Positions 15,341-22,895 of a DNA stretch of 31,581 nucleotides are shown piece by piece. Source of the stretch: a virus (Duplodnaviria; Caudoviricetes). Within the stretch, counting starts at the first letter, position 1. Every line of letters begins with the position of its first letter. The DNA lies in the IMG/VR virus record IMGVR_UViG_3300049009_000104, positions 1-31,581 of that record; one strand, 5' to 3'. The position numbers and the translations under genes were made by a program. Under the pieces are notes generated by a model, which ran no database searches, had not been told where the DNA came from, and worked only from the letters and a program-made list of their open reading frames with translations.

Positions 15341-15558
15341 GCTTGCACCTGTGCTGCTTTTTTTGCCAGCTGATCAGTTAACGTCACAATGCCACGTAGC
15401 AGATCGACAGCCCTGCGCTTGTAAATTACTGGTGAACCAGTGTGAACCACTGAAAACCAGCCCTGTGGTTCAATATTCACCACACAGCTGCGATTTTTAA
15501 CTGCGAACCATGCGGACATATATGCATCGATCAGATGTGTTTTTTCAGTATGTGTCAT
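15337..15558 (-). CDS. Hypothetical early protein
   Basis: 73 aa from MTHTEK; ATGA overlaps at both ends. Confidence 0.65.
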   Translation of the reverse strand: MTHTEKTHLIDAYMSAWFAVKNRSCVVNIEPQGWFSVVHTGSPVIYKRRAVDLLRGIVTLTDQLAKKAAQVQA

Positions 15559-15746
15559 GCTGCCACCTGCCATTTGATCTGCTCTGCTGCTACTTCAATT
15601 TCATAGCCCAGTTGCATAATTTGATCTAAGGTTTTTTCTTTCAGGGTTTTAGTGCCTGCAATTGCAGCGAATAGCTGGGCCTGCTCGCATACAGGGTAAA
15701 CAACCCAGCTACCATAATTTTTATCTAATCGGATTGTGATTTTCAT
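15555..15746 (-). CDS. Hypothetical early protein
   Basis: 63 aa MKITIRLDKNYG...YPVC..A.LFA.IAGTKTL...LGY; SD AAGGGG. Confidence 0.7.
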   Translation of the reverse strand: MKITIRLDKNYGSWVVYPVCEQAQLFAAIAGTKTLKEKTLDQIMQLGYEIEVAAEQIKWQVAA

Positions 15747-15747
15747 G

Positions 15748-15909
15748 TTATGCCCCTTCATTTTCGAGATATGCAGCCACTGGCATAAACAGCAGTGAAC
15801 CGACAGCAGCGAATAAAAAAGCAAAATCCTGTGTACCGAATGCATATCCGATAAAACACAGGCAGGATTTAAGCCCCAGGTACATGGTAAAACTATAGTC
15901 TTTTCTCAT
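15748..15909 (-). CDS. Small two-TM membrane protein, first gene of the early operon
   Basis: 53 aa from MRKDYSF; SD TAAGGGG. Confidence 0.6.
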   Translation of the reverse strand: MRKDYSFTMYLGLKSCLCFIGYAFGTQDFAFLFAAVGSLLFMPVAAYLENEGA

Positions 15910-16000
15910 TTCAAGCCCCTTAGTAGGTGGTTTCAGAATGTATCGGCGCTGAATTGCTAACCGATGCACAGAATATAACGCAGCCACCTACTGTATGTAA

Positions 16001-16015
16001 TAGGGACAAACCCTA
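16001..16015. promoter_or_regulatory. Palindromic operator-like site TAGGG-N5-CCCTA
   Basis: tagggacaaacccta; similar site tagggaaagtaccta at 18744. Confidence 0.45.
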
Positions 16016-16184
16016 GTATTTGAATTTATTTATTGACAGTCAACGAAAATGCAACAGCCATGGCCTGACTGGCTGCTGATCTGCCCTGATCTGCTGCCCC
16101 TGCTGGCAGGTTTTCCCATGGATTAACCGTTGATTGATACTTTTGTTTTCAACAGGCTGATTTTAGGTATTACTGGCTGATTTT

Positions 16185-16200
16185 CTGTGGTTTTATACAG
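16185..16200. promoter_or_regulatory. LexA (SOS) box-like site
   Basis: CTGTGGTTTTATACAG(TA) matches the CTGT-N8-ACAG beta/gammaproteobacterial consensus. Confidence 0.55.
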
Positions 16201-16282
16201 TAATCCATGCCACCTACACCCAGCGAAAAATTGAAATTGGGGGTATTCCAAACCCCACTGGTATGGGGCGCATGGAAAATTT

Positions 16283-16501
16283 CTATTCAGGATCGCTGGA
16301 ATTTTTCCCAGCATTTGCCTTCTGCGCCAGCATGAAATTCACCAAGTCATCCTTGATTCCCTTGTAAAAACCATATGGCTCGGCATCAAGCTCCTTTGCT
16401 CTAAGCCATGCATGATCCTTGACTGCTGGCATACTAGCCATCCATATCAGATGGTTCAGCACAAAAGCGTAATGCTCAGGGTCAGTGTCTTTCATCAACA
16501 T
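16283..16501 (-). CDS. Hypothetical protein
   Basis: 72 aa ORF at the end of a coupled operon. Confidence 0.55.
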   Translation of the reverse strand: MLMKDTDPEHYAFVLNHLIWMASMPAVKDHAWLRAKELDAEPYGFYKGIKDDLVNFMLAQKANAGKNSSDPE

Positions 16502-16589
16502 CTTGTAAATACACCAATACTTGTACCACTAAAAATAAAACACCAATGGTAATAACACTACCAATAAACAAAAGAATAACCTCAACCAT
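16482..16589 (-). CDS. Single-TM mini-protein (35 aa)
   Basis: Manual ORF MVEVILLFIGSVITIGVLFLVVQVLVYLQDVDERH; SD AAGGAG. Confidence 0.55.
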   Translation of the reverse strand: MVEVILLFIGSVITIGVLFLVVQVLVYLQDVDERH

Positions 16590-16600
16590 CTTTGTCTCCT

Positions 16601-16777
16601 TTACTTGCTTTGCTTTGCCTTTGAATAAATGTTTACCTGCTTCTTCTCTGTCAGGCTGATGCGCTCCCTTGATGCCACACCCAACGCCTGACCTGCAGCT
16701 ATCTGTTTAAGCTCCTTGTCCCTCATCCATATGCTTGGCTCACCTTGCCAATTGAATGCTGTCTTTGTTTTACTCAT
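16601..16777 (-). CDS. Hypothetical protein (58 aa)
   Basis: Manual ORF MSKTKTAFNWQGEPSIW...; ATGA overlap. Confidence 0.55.
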   Translation of the reverse strand: MSKTKTAFNWQGEPSIWMRDKELKQIAAGQALGVASRERISLTEKKQVNIYSKAKQSK

Positions 16778-16995
16778 GCGTAATCGCCCTTTGGGGTATG
16801 TTCTATCAAACGCTGTTTTAGCCTGGCAATCCTGTCCTCGTTGTATTGCATAGCAGAGTGAGCGTACTCAGCAGCAGTCTCAGCTTCCAGCTTGCGTAGG
16901 TGTGCTTCCTGTAATTCCTTGGCAATCACCTCATGGATAGTTCTTGCCCTCAAGATGTCTCTAACGTACTTGATTGTTGATTCTCTGAAGTTCAA
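16774..16995 (-). CDS. Hypothetical coiled-coil protein
   Basis: 73 aa; TTG start overlapping the upstream stop. Confidence 0.6.
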   Translation of the reverse strand: MNFRESTIKYVRDILRARTIHEVIAKELQEAHLRKLEAETAAEYAHSAMQYNEDRIARLKQRLIEHTPKGDYA

Positions 16996-17141
16996 AGTGT
17001 TCCCCTTAGTTGCCAGCCAAGTACAAAGTAGTTCCAGCGGGTTTGTACGCTTGGATTGATGTATCTACCTTTGGTTTGCTCTAGTTCTGTGTAGCCTTTG
17101 GCAACCATCATTGCCTCAAATACCTGCTGTGCTTTTGTCAT
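16992..17141 (-). CDS. Hypothetical protein (49 aa)
   Basis: Manual ORF MTKAQQVFEAMMVAKGY...VQTRWNYFVLGWQLRGTL. Confidence 0.6.
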   Translation of the reverse strand: MTKAQQVFEAMMVAKGYTELEQTKGRYINPSVQTRWNYFVLGWQLRGTL

Positions 17142-17424
17142 TTTTCATTCCTCTTATGTAAACAGTCAAACTGTCTACGGTGTCAGCACCAAAACCAGTC
17201 ATCTTCTCTATCTCTACTGCCACTTCCTCAATCACTGTGTTGCGTAACATATCGTAGAACTGTTCAGCCGTCATTGGCTTTAACTCCTGCTCAACACGCT
17301 CTTTTAACTCTGCCATTCTTGTCTCCAAGTTAATCAGTACATCTATCTGCCGCTTGCGATTAAAGGAAGACTCAACAGCCAGCCTGCGAGACACACTGCC
17401 AGTTTCCCAGTCGTTAAATTCCAT
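17116..17424 (-). CDS. Hypothetical protein
   Basis: 102 aa; LRNTVIEEVA.EIEKM..FG.DTVDS pattern. Confidence 0.6.
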   Translation of the reverse strand: MEFNDWETGSVSRRLAVESSFNRKRQIDVLINLETRMAELKERVEQELKPMTAEQFYDMLRNTVIEEVAVEIEKMTGFGADTVDSLTVYIRGMKNDKSTAGI

Positions 17425-17614
17425 TTGGCTTCCTCTTGGTTGACTCAGTAAACCTGCCAGCCTTGCGAAAGATTGTCAGCAAAGACTTGTATGGCACACC
17501 AAATCTTTTTGCTATCTCCAGTTTGCTGAATCCCTGCTCATGCAAGCTAAATGCCCTGCGCTCGTCAATATCAATAGGTTTGCGACCTGATCCTTTTCTA
17601 GCCCCACCCTTCAC
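17414..17614 (-). CDS. Small HTH DNA-binding protein
   Basis: GGARKGSGRKP basic arm followed by GFSKLEIAKRFGVPYKSL HTH; GTG start. Confidence 0.65.
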   Translation of the reverse strand: MKGGARKGSGRKPIDIDERRAFSLHEQGFSKLEIAKRFGVPYKSLLTIFRKAGRFTESTKRKPNGI

Positions 17615-17775
17615 TGCAACCCCATCGGATCTTCATCAGTCATCAGATCCTTGATGTGTTTAAGTTCCCTTGCAAACATAATCATTAATTGACTATTGGC
17701 ATTAAAAGCTTCAGCCAATTGCTCAAACTGGTTCTCAAGATAGGTAATACGTTGCTCCAATGTCTCTTCATTCAT
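17611..17775 (-). CDS. Small coiled-coil protein (54 aa)
   Basis: Manual ORF MNEETLEQRITYLENQFEQLAEAF...; overlaps both neighbours by 4 nt. Confidence 0.6.
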   Translation of the reverse strand: MNEETLEQRITYLENQFEQLAEAFNANSQLMIMFARELKHIKDLMTDEDPMGLQ

Positions 17776-18200
17776 GGCAATAACTCCAATACTGTTACCT
17801 CAATCCGAGGCGATCCATACGCTTTACTGCTGTGCAACTCGCACACCTGGCTGTCATCCAACCACAAGATGCCGTTGCCAGCATCCATAATTGCCTTGAT
17901 GTAATTGTCCAAATCAGGTTTGCCCACTGGTCTTTGCTCTCCAGACTCTGCCTGCTGGCGCTTGGCCTTTGACCAACTGACAGGGATAGTCTTGTACACC
18001 CGCACAGACAGGGCTACAGGCGTGTCTAAAGGATCTTGGCTACCCATGGCTCGCTTGGCGGCTTGAGCTATCTCCTGCTCCCAATCCGCTGTCTTCTTGG
18101 GGGTATATGTCTTGACAAATCCCCCTTGACGAGCGAATCTCGGTCTGCCTTTCCCCACAGGCTCTCCACAAACGACAAAATTCACCATCAAAGTCATCAA
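17772..18200 (-). CDS. rusA: RusA-family Holliday junction resolvase
   Basis: GEPVGKGRPRF, KPDLDNYIKAIMDA, DDSQV motifs. Confidence 0.9.
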   Translation of the reverse strand: MMTLMVNFVVCGEPVGKGRPRFARQGGFVKTYTPKKTADWEQEIAQAAKRAMGSQDPLDTPVALSVRVYKTIPVSWSKAKRQQAESGEQRPVGKPDLDNYIKAIMDAGNGILWLDDSQVCELHSSKAYGSPRIEVTVLELLP

Positions 18201-18300
18201 GATCCCCTGTAAGTTGCAACGCTTTGTTTATCAATTTGTCTGGAGTTGGTTTGCTTTCTTTCACGCCATCCAATATCCTGTGGGCATACTCCAAGTTCAT
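18040..18300 (-). CDS. Hypothetical protein; C-terminal part overlaps rusA
   Basis: MNLEYAHRILD...ALQLTGDL start with ATGA overlap; the extension into rusA is doubtful. Confidence 0.4.
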   Translation of the reverse strand: MNLEYAHRILDGVKESKPTPDKLINKALQLTGDLDDFDGEFCRLWRACGERQTEIRSSRGICQDIYPQEDSGLGAGDSSSRQASHG

Positions 18301-18506
18301 TTGACAGCCCTTAATGGTTTGATAAATGGCAGATCCACATCCTTTTCGGGTGGTGGTGCAGGCAAGGTAACTGATGGTGGAGTCCACCCAGCCTTGCGCC
18401 ATGTCGCCTGCACATCAGCGCCACGCTGATATTTAAAGCTACCAGAAGTTACACGGACGCTGGGCATGGTGATCTTGGTTCCTTCAGGTGGTTGCCATTT
18501 ACTCAT
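18297..18506 (-). CDS. Hypothetical protein
   Basis: 69 aa; FKYQRGADVQATWRKAGWTPPS. Confidence 0.6.
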   Translation of the reverse strand: MSKWQPPEGTKITMPSVRVTSGSFKYQRGADVQATWRKAGWTPPSVTLPAPPPEKDVDLPFIKPLRAVK

Positions 18507-18708
18507 TGCCAGTCCTTAAGAATGATTGAAGTCTTGTATCTGCATTTGAATACTGCCGACCCAAGTTATCAATTATCAGATCGTCAACAATAGCAGCCAT
18601 CGATCTGCGTTGCGCTAATGCCGCATTGCGTAAGATCTCCTTGGTAGCTGGACGCACTCGCACCATAAGTGGAGTGACTTCAATTTTTGGATTGATTGTA
18701 TGTTTCAT
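18499..18708 (-). CDS. Ribbon-helix-helix (Arc/CopG-like) regulator
   Basis: TPLMVRVRPATKEILRNAALAQRRSMAAIVDDLI RHH pattern; first gene of a divergent operon. Confidence 0.7.
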   Translation of the reverse strand: MKHTINPKIEVTPLMVRVRPATKEILRNAALAQRRSMAAIVDDLIIDNLGRQYSNADTRLQSFLRTGNE

Positions 18709-18842
18709 GCTTGCAAGTATATTGCAAAATGCAATCACGCATCTAGGGAAAGTACCTAGAAACCTAGCATTTATTGGTGGTGTATACTGCTATCACTTTG
18801 CAATCATGCAAGGCAAACAACCTACCTACTAAGGAGAGTTCA
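18709..18842. promoter_or_regulatory. Divergent promoter/operator region
   Basis: TATACT on minus (18716-18721) and plus (18783-18788); TGCWATCA repeats; TAGGG-N5-ACCTA site. Confidence 0.6.
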
Positions 18843-19148
18843 ATGGAATTCGGCACAATTTGGAAAAAACTTGTACGCCGCAACGACCCCCACACCAGTC
18901 AAGAAGCCGCCAAGTCTGTCAACACGACAAACATGGAGCAGATTGTCTATGAGGTAATTGCAGGTTATCCACAGGGTTGCATACAGGATGAGGTACTAGC
19001 TCACTTAATGAGCTATCCCTACTCTACAGTGACCGCTCGGTTCAGATCCTTGCTTGACAAGGGTTACATCGTTGACACTGGGCTTACCCGCCCTGGTCGA
19101 TCAGGAAGAAAACAGCGGGTTTTGCAAATCAATGAAAAACATGATTGA
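18843..19148 (+). CDS. Winged-HTH DNA-binding protein
   Basis: RRNDPHTSQEAA...YSTVTARFRSLLDKGYIVDTG...SGRKQRV; SD AAGGAG. Confidence 0.7.
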   Translation: MEFGTIWKKLVRRNDPHTSQEAAKSVNTTNMEQIVYEVIAGYPQGCIQDEVLAHLMSYPYSTVTARFRSLLDKGYIVDTGLTRPGRSGRKQRVLQINEKHD

Positions 19149-19260
19149 GTATTTTATTCAGCAAAAAGACTATTTTGCGTTGTTCTTCATTGCAATCAGT
19201 GTCTTCAAAGTTTTGTTTTTAATCTGGATTCTATTAATCAAAAAGGAAAAAAATGCCTAA
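19141..19260 (+). CDS. Single-TM mini-protein (39 aa)
   Basis: MIEYFIQQKDYFALFFIAISVFKVLFLIWILLIKKEKNA; bridges the two flanking genes. Confidence 0.45.
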   Translation: MIEYFIQQKDYFALFFIAISVFKVLFLIWILLIKKEKNA

Positions 19261-20203
19261 GTTAACCTCAGACAAAATGCTGTCTTGCTCACAACTGCCC
19301 AGCCTGTTTGGTGTCAGTCCTTACTCCAGTCCCAATGATGTCCTGATGTTCTGCATTAAGTCAATACTTGGTGAGAATGCACGAACCCAAGCAGGTGAAG
19401 CGGCAGACTGGGGCAATGCTTTGGAGCCAGCCATCATTGCAGAAATGGCAAAGCGCCTTGGGATAGACCGATACTCCATGCCTGAAGAAGCTTTTGAGCA
19501 TCCTGATCTGCATTTGGCGGCAAGCGCAGATGCAATTGCTTTCCTTAAAGATCCCATTGTTGTCCAGCATGATCCAAGCAAAGGTATCTATGTGGTTGAT
19601 GGAGACTCAATTACCCTGACTGGCAACGGAGTGCTGGAATCCAAGCTAACACGAGGTCATGCTGAGGACTCCTTGCCACTTTATCGTGGGCCAATCCAAG
19701 TCCAAGGTGTAATGATGTGTACTGGCTTGGACTGGGCAGCTATCGGCTGTCTGTACTCAGGCGTGGAACTAAGGATCTTCCTATTTAAGCCACATGAAAC
19801 CACCATGGCGCAGATCGCAAACTATGCCACTGACTTTCAAGATCGGCTGACTACCTTTGAAGAAACAGGAGAAGCGCAGTACTACCCAGCCGCTGACAGC
19901 AAAGATGCCAACCGTATTTGGCCTAACGCAAAGGAAGAAGAAGTCCAACTTGACATTGATGCCGAGGATATCGTGGCAGACATTGTCATTGCCAAACAGA
20001 AGATAGCCAGCCTACAGGAAGACATCGACCTGTGGGAAAAGGATCTTAAGGTGCTGATGAAAGACTACTCCAGCGCCAAGGTTGGTGCATGGACGCTCAA
20101 GTGGCCTATGCGTCACTTCAAAGCCACCATTGCAAAGATCACACCAGCCAAAGAAGCCTACTCAATTCGCCAGTCAACGATAACTATTAAGGAATCTAAA
20201 TGA
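19253..20203 (+). CDS. YqaJ / lambda-exonuclease family recombination nuclease
   Basis: GVSPYSSP, WGNALEP, LAASADA, LESK, IQVQ motifs; adjacent to ERF. Confidence 0.85.
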   Translation: MPKLTSDKMLSCSQLPSLFGVSPYSSPNDVLMFCIKSILGENARTQAGEAADWGNALEPAIIAEMAKRLGIDRYSMPEEAFEHPDLHLAASADAIAFLKDPIVVQHDPSKGIYVVDGDSITLTGNGVLESKLTRGHAEDSLPLYRGPIQVQGVMMCTGLDWAAIGCLYSGVELRIFLFKPHETTMAQIANYATDFQDRLTTFEETGEAQYYPAADSKDANRIWPNAKEEEVQLDIDAEDIVADIVIAKQKIASLQEDIDLWEKDLKVLMKDYSSAKVGAWTLKWPMRHFKATIAKITPAKEAYSIRQSTITIKESK

Positions 20204-20916
20204 AACAGATCGCATCAGCCCTTGTAAAAGCCCAACGTGCCTTTGGCCCTGCTTTAAAGACTAGTACAAACCCTCACTTTCGTAGCCGTTATGCAGATTT
20301 GTCTGCTTGCGTGGAAGCAGTGATAGATGCACTAAATGAGAATGGCATCTTTTTACTGCAAAAAAATTACGACTGTAGTGATGGCATCATGTGCGAAACA
20401 GTGTTTGTCCACGAGTCAGGTGAGATGCTGGAGTGCGGAATAGTCCACTTTCCTGCTGTCAAACAAGATCCACAGGGGTATGCCAGTGCTTTGACCTACG
20501 CTCGCAGGTACAGCCTGATGTCTGCCTGTGGCATAGCACCAGAAGATGATGACGGCAATGCTGGATCACGCCGTCAAGCGCCAGCAACCAACCCATTGGA
20601 TGCCATCAAGCCACCAGCGCCAGCCGCTACCCTGCCTTATGTGCTGACAATACCTGGCAAGGAACCACGCCAGTATGAGACATCAGAAACTTACACCAAT
20701 GGTTCCATTGAACTGCGTAAAAAGGTAGAGGAATCATCCTTGGCAACACGCACAAAAATGACTAAGCTTAGGGAACTGCGTGAGGTAAACGAGGATCAGG
20801 TAAACAAGCTCAACCCTGAACATAAAGCTAAATTGGTTGGAGATTATCAACTGCGCTTGAAGAGACTAGGCGCACAACTTGAGGAGAAAGAAGATGCAGA
20901 TGGAGGACTGGAATAA
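20200..20916 (+). CDS. erf: ERF-family ssDNA-annealing protein
   Basis: NPHFRSRYADL...PQGYASALTYARRYSL...EDDDGN. Confidence 0.92.
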   Translation: MKQIASALVKAQRAFGPALKTSTNPHFRSRYADLSACVEAVIDALNENGIFLLQKNYDCSDGIMCETVFVHESGEMLECGIVHFPAVKQDPQGYASALTYARRYSLMSACGIAPEDDDGNAGSRRQAPATNPLDAIKPPAPAATLPYVLTIPGKEPRQYETSETYTNGSIELRKKVEESSLATRTKMTKLRELREVNEDQVNKLNPEHKAKLVGDYQLRLKRLGAQLEEKEDADGGLE

Positions 20917-21010
20917 ACTAGATGAACAATACAGGGAGTATTGTCAACAGTGTCAAACCGCTGGCAAACCCCCTGTAGACTTTCACACTTGGTTGCTTGG
21001 TAATGATTAA
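20894..21010 (+). CDS. Hypothetical mini-protein (38 aa)
   Basis: Manual ORF MQMEDWNKLDEQYREYCQQCQTAGKPPVDFHTWLLGND; SD GAGGAG. Confidence 0.5.
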   Translation: MQMEDWNKLDEQYREYCQQCQTAGKPPVDFHTWLLGND

Positions 21011-21615
21011 GCCAAAGCAGACATAGCGTTATCGGTGCGGGCAATGCGGTCATCAAGACCGTGTGTCCCACCATTTATTTTCTTAGTCAAGCCTGTCCAG
21101 TTCTGGGCATCAGCCAACTCATTCAGATTATTCTTATCCCAAAACCAACCTGCTGTGAGCGCAGCATATTTAGGTGTGCTTACCAAGTCAGGTTCTGCAA
21201 TAAAGTCAACGTCCAAAGAGTCGCCAGCCAACTGGTAGTTTGTCTTGCCAGTCAATTGGATCAAGCCACGACCACGGTACATGAACCCTTCACCAGATGC
21301 CTCGTCACCATTACCCATGCGATCAGCATAGACCTTGTTGGCGATCTTCTCAGGGTTGCGGTGGTATGGTTGTGCGGCATCCAAAGATGTGAACCGCTTA
21401 GGCCAAACCTTGGTCAATCCTTCTGCTGAGTAGTTGAGGTTTTCTTTGAGCGCAGTAAAGTTAGCAGACTCGTGAGCGCACTGACCCAAGAACGCAGCTT
21501 GTCTTTCAGTTGTGCTAATGTCAAAGCGATTACAGGTTTCATTGATTGCATCAATCCATTCCTCTGCCTTTGCAGGCGTGATTTTTAAAGCTTGGGCTAA
21601 TTGTTCAGCGTTCAT
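21007..21615 (-). CDS. Endolysin, glycoside hydrolase family 19
   Basis: AAFLGQCAHES, ENLNYS, YRGRGLIQLTGKTNY, INGGTHGLDDR. Confidence 0.92.
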   Translation of the reverse strand: MNAEQLAQALKITPAKAEEWIDAINETCNRFDISTTERQAAFLGQCAHESANFTALKENLNYSAEGLTKVWPKRFTSLDAAQPYHRNPEKIANKVYADRMGNGDEASGEGFMYRGRGLIQLTGKTNYQLAGDSLDVDFIAEPDLVSTPKYAALTAGWFWDKNNLNELADAQNWTGLTKKINGGTHGLDDRIARTDNAMSALA

Positions 21616-22094
21616 TTGATTCCTTTCATGGTTTGGTAAACAGTGTTATACGCATCGATACACGCATTTAATTGTCTGATGGCTTTGTCTCCGTCATCTG
21701 TGATGGCGACAAGAGCTTGAGCAGTCTTTCCGTCAAGTTCGGCTCCTGCTTGAACGCTATCTCTGGCGGGAGCGGGGGCATCTGAGGTGGCTGGTACGGC
21801 ACACTCGGTGGCTTTGACAGGGATGAACAGCTTGCGTTTGCCAGAATCAAGATCAGACTTAAGATTCGCAATGCGTTTGGATGCTTCATCGTTTTGTTTC
21901 CTTAGTTTGGCGGCAGTCTCTTGTGCGTCTGCCTGTAGCTTCTGTTCAGTTTCCCTAGCCTTGGCATTCAATGCGGCTATCTCAAGTTGCTGTCGATCAA
22001 ACTCATCTGCACTTCCCTTGAAATATCCGCTTGTACCTGCGCCAAGAACAGCAAAGACGATACCCAGCAGTACCCATGGATTGAACAGACTCAT
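21612..22094 (-). CDS. Rz: Inner-membrane spanin (Rz-like)
   Basis: N-terminal TM, coiled coil, C-terminal DGDKAIRQLNAC. Confidence 0.85.
   Translation of the reverse strand: MSLFNPWVLLGIVFAVLGAGTSGYFKGSADEFDRQQLEIAALNAKARETEQKLQADAQETAAKLRKQNDEASKRIANLKSDLDSGKRKLFIPVKATECAVPATSDAPAPARDSVQAGAELDGKTAQALVAITDDGDKAIRQLNACIDAYNTVYQTMKGIK
21668..21889 (-). CDS. Rz1: Outer-membrane spanin lipoprotein (Rz1-like), fully nested in Rz
   Basis: Signal peptide with lipobox-like ANAS-C, Pro-rich mature part, alternative frame within Rz. Confidence 0.8.
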   Translation of the reverse strand: MKHPNALRILSLILILANASCSSLSKPPSVPYQPPQMPPLPPEIAFKQEPNLTERLLKLLSPSQMTETKPSDN

Positions 22095-22429
22095 TCTTTT
22101 GCTTCCAGCTTGGGTTCAGGATCATTGTCAACAGCCTCCGCTCTGGCAGTAGCAACAGCAGATGCGGCAGCAATTACCTTTCGTCCAGCCACACCACCCA
22201 AGACACCAGTACACAACAACATAATGTCATTGATCATCTTTGTATAGACTTTATCTATTGGAGCCATGCCACTCATAGGCTGAGTCACCCATGTCACAGA
22301 ATAGATGAAACTGAAGCACGAGCCAAGCAGGATGATGGAGATCACAAAGATGACCCATGCCCACACACGGACTTCAATCTCGTCAGGACTCAGGCGAGGC
22401 TTTACAGGTTTGTATCCAATGGTTGTCAT
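22091..22429 (-). CDS. Two-TM membrane protein, putative holin
   Basis: 112 aa with two hydrophobic segments, in the lysis cassette. Confidence 0.55.
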   Translation of the reverse strand: MTTIGYKPVKPRLSPDEIEVRVWAWVIFVISIILLGSCFSFIYSVTWVTQPMSGMAPIDKVYTKMINDIMLLCTGVLGGVAGRKVIAAASAVATARAEAVDNDPEPKLEAKE

Positions 22430-22611
22430 TTCTTCTCCTTTTCAATGGTGATCAGTTGTTCAGGGCAAGTTCCAGTAGCAGTACACACTGGCGCTTTGCA
22501 TTCAGCATTCTCCCAATTCTTTGGATCTTGGCATGGGTATCTAAAGCGATCTTCACAGCCAGCAAGAACTACTAGCAGTACAGACAGAAACCAAATTTCA
22601 TACACATTCAT
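22426..22611 (-). CDS. Cys-rich lipoprotein
   Basis: Lipobox LAG-C plus four further Cys (RYPCQDP..W...EC..PVC...GTC). Confidence 0.7.
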   Translation of the reverse strand: MNVYEIWFLSVLLVVLAGCEDRFRYPCQDPKNWENAECKAPVCTATGTCPEQLITIEKEKK

Positions 22612-22895
22612 TTGTCTTTCTCCCTTTGCTTTTGCTCAATTTGTCTTCTTAACTTTTCAACTTTTTCAAGCTGTTGCTTAACCTCATGCTTAACCTCAAG
22701 CACATCAAGGTACAGCATTGCACCCAATGGCAACAGAAGAGCAATCAAGATACAAGCAGCAACCCATCCCACTATGTCTTCCCCCACCGATTCACGACTA
22801 GGAGCCACAGCCAAAGGTACAGGAGGAATATAGTAGTCGCTATCAGATACCCTAGCTTTAGCTGGAAGTTTCTTTCCTCCTCTTTGCGTAGCCAT
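22608..22895 (-). CDS. Single-TM coiled-coil protein
   Basis: TM followed by charged coiled coil; true start may be GTG at 22787. Confidence 0.55.
   Translation of the reverse strand: MATQRGGKKLPAKARVSDSDYYIPPVPLAVAPSRESVGEDIVGWVAACILIALLLPLGAMLYLDVLEVKHEVKQQLEKVEKLRRQIEQKQREKDK

Noticed and set aside
15989-16006. Second LexA box (tactgtatgtaataggga)
   Set aside because: Only the left half-site matches; the CAG half is missing
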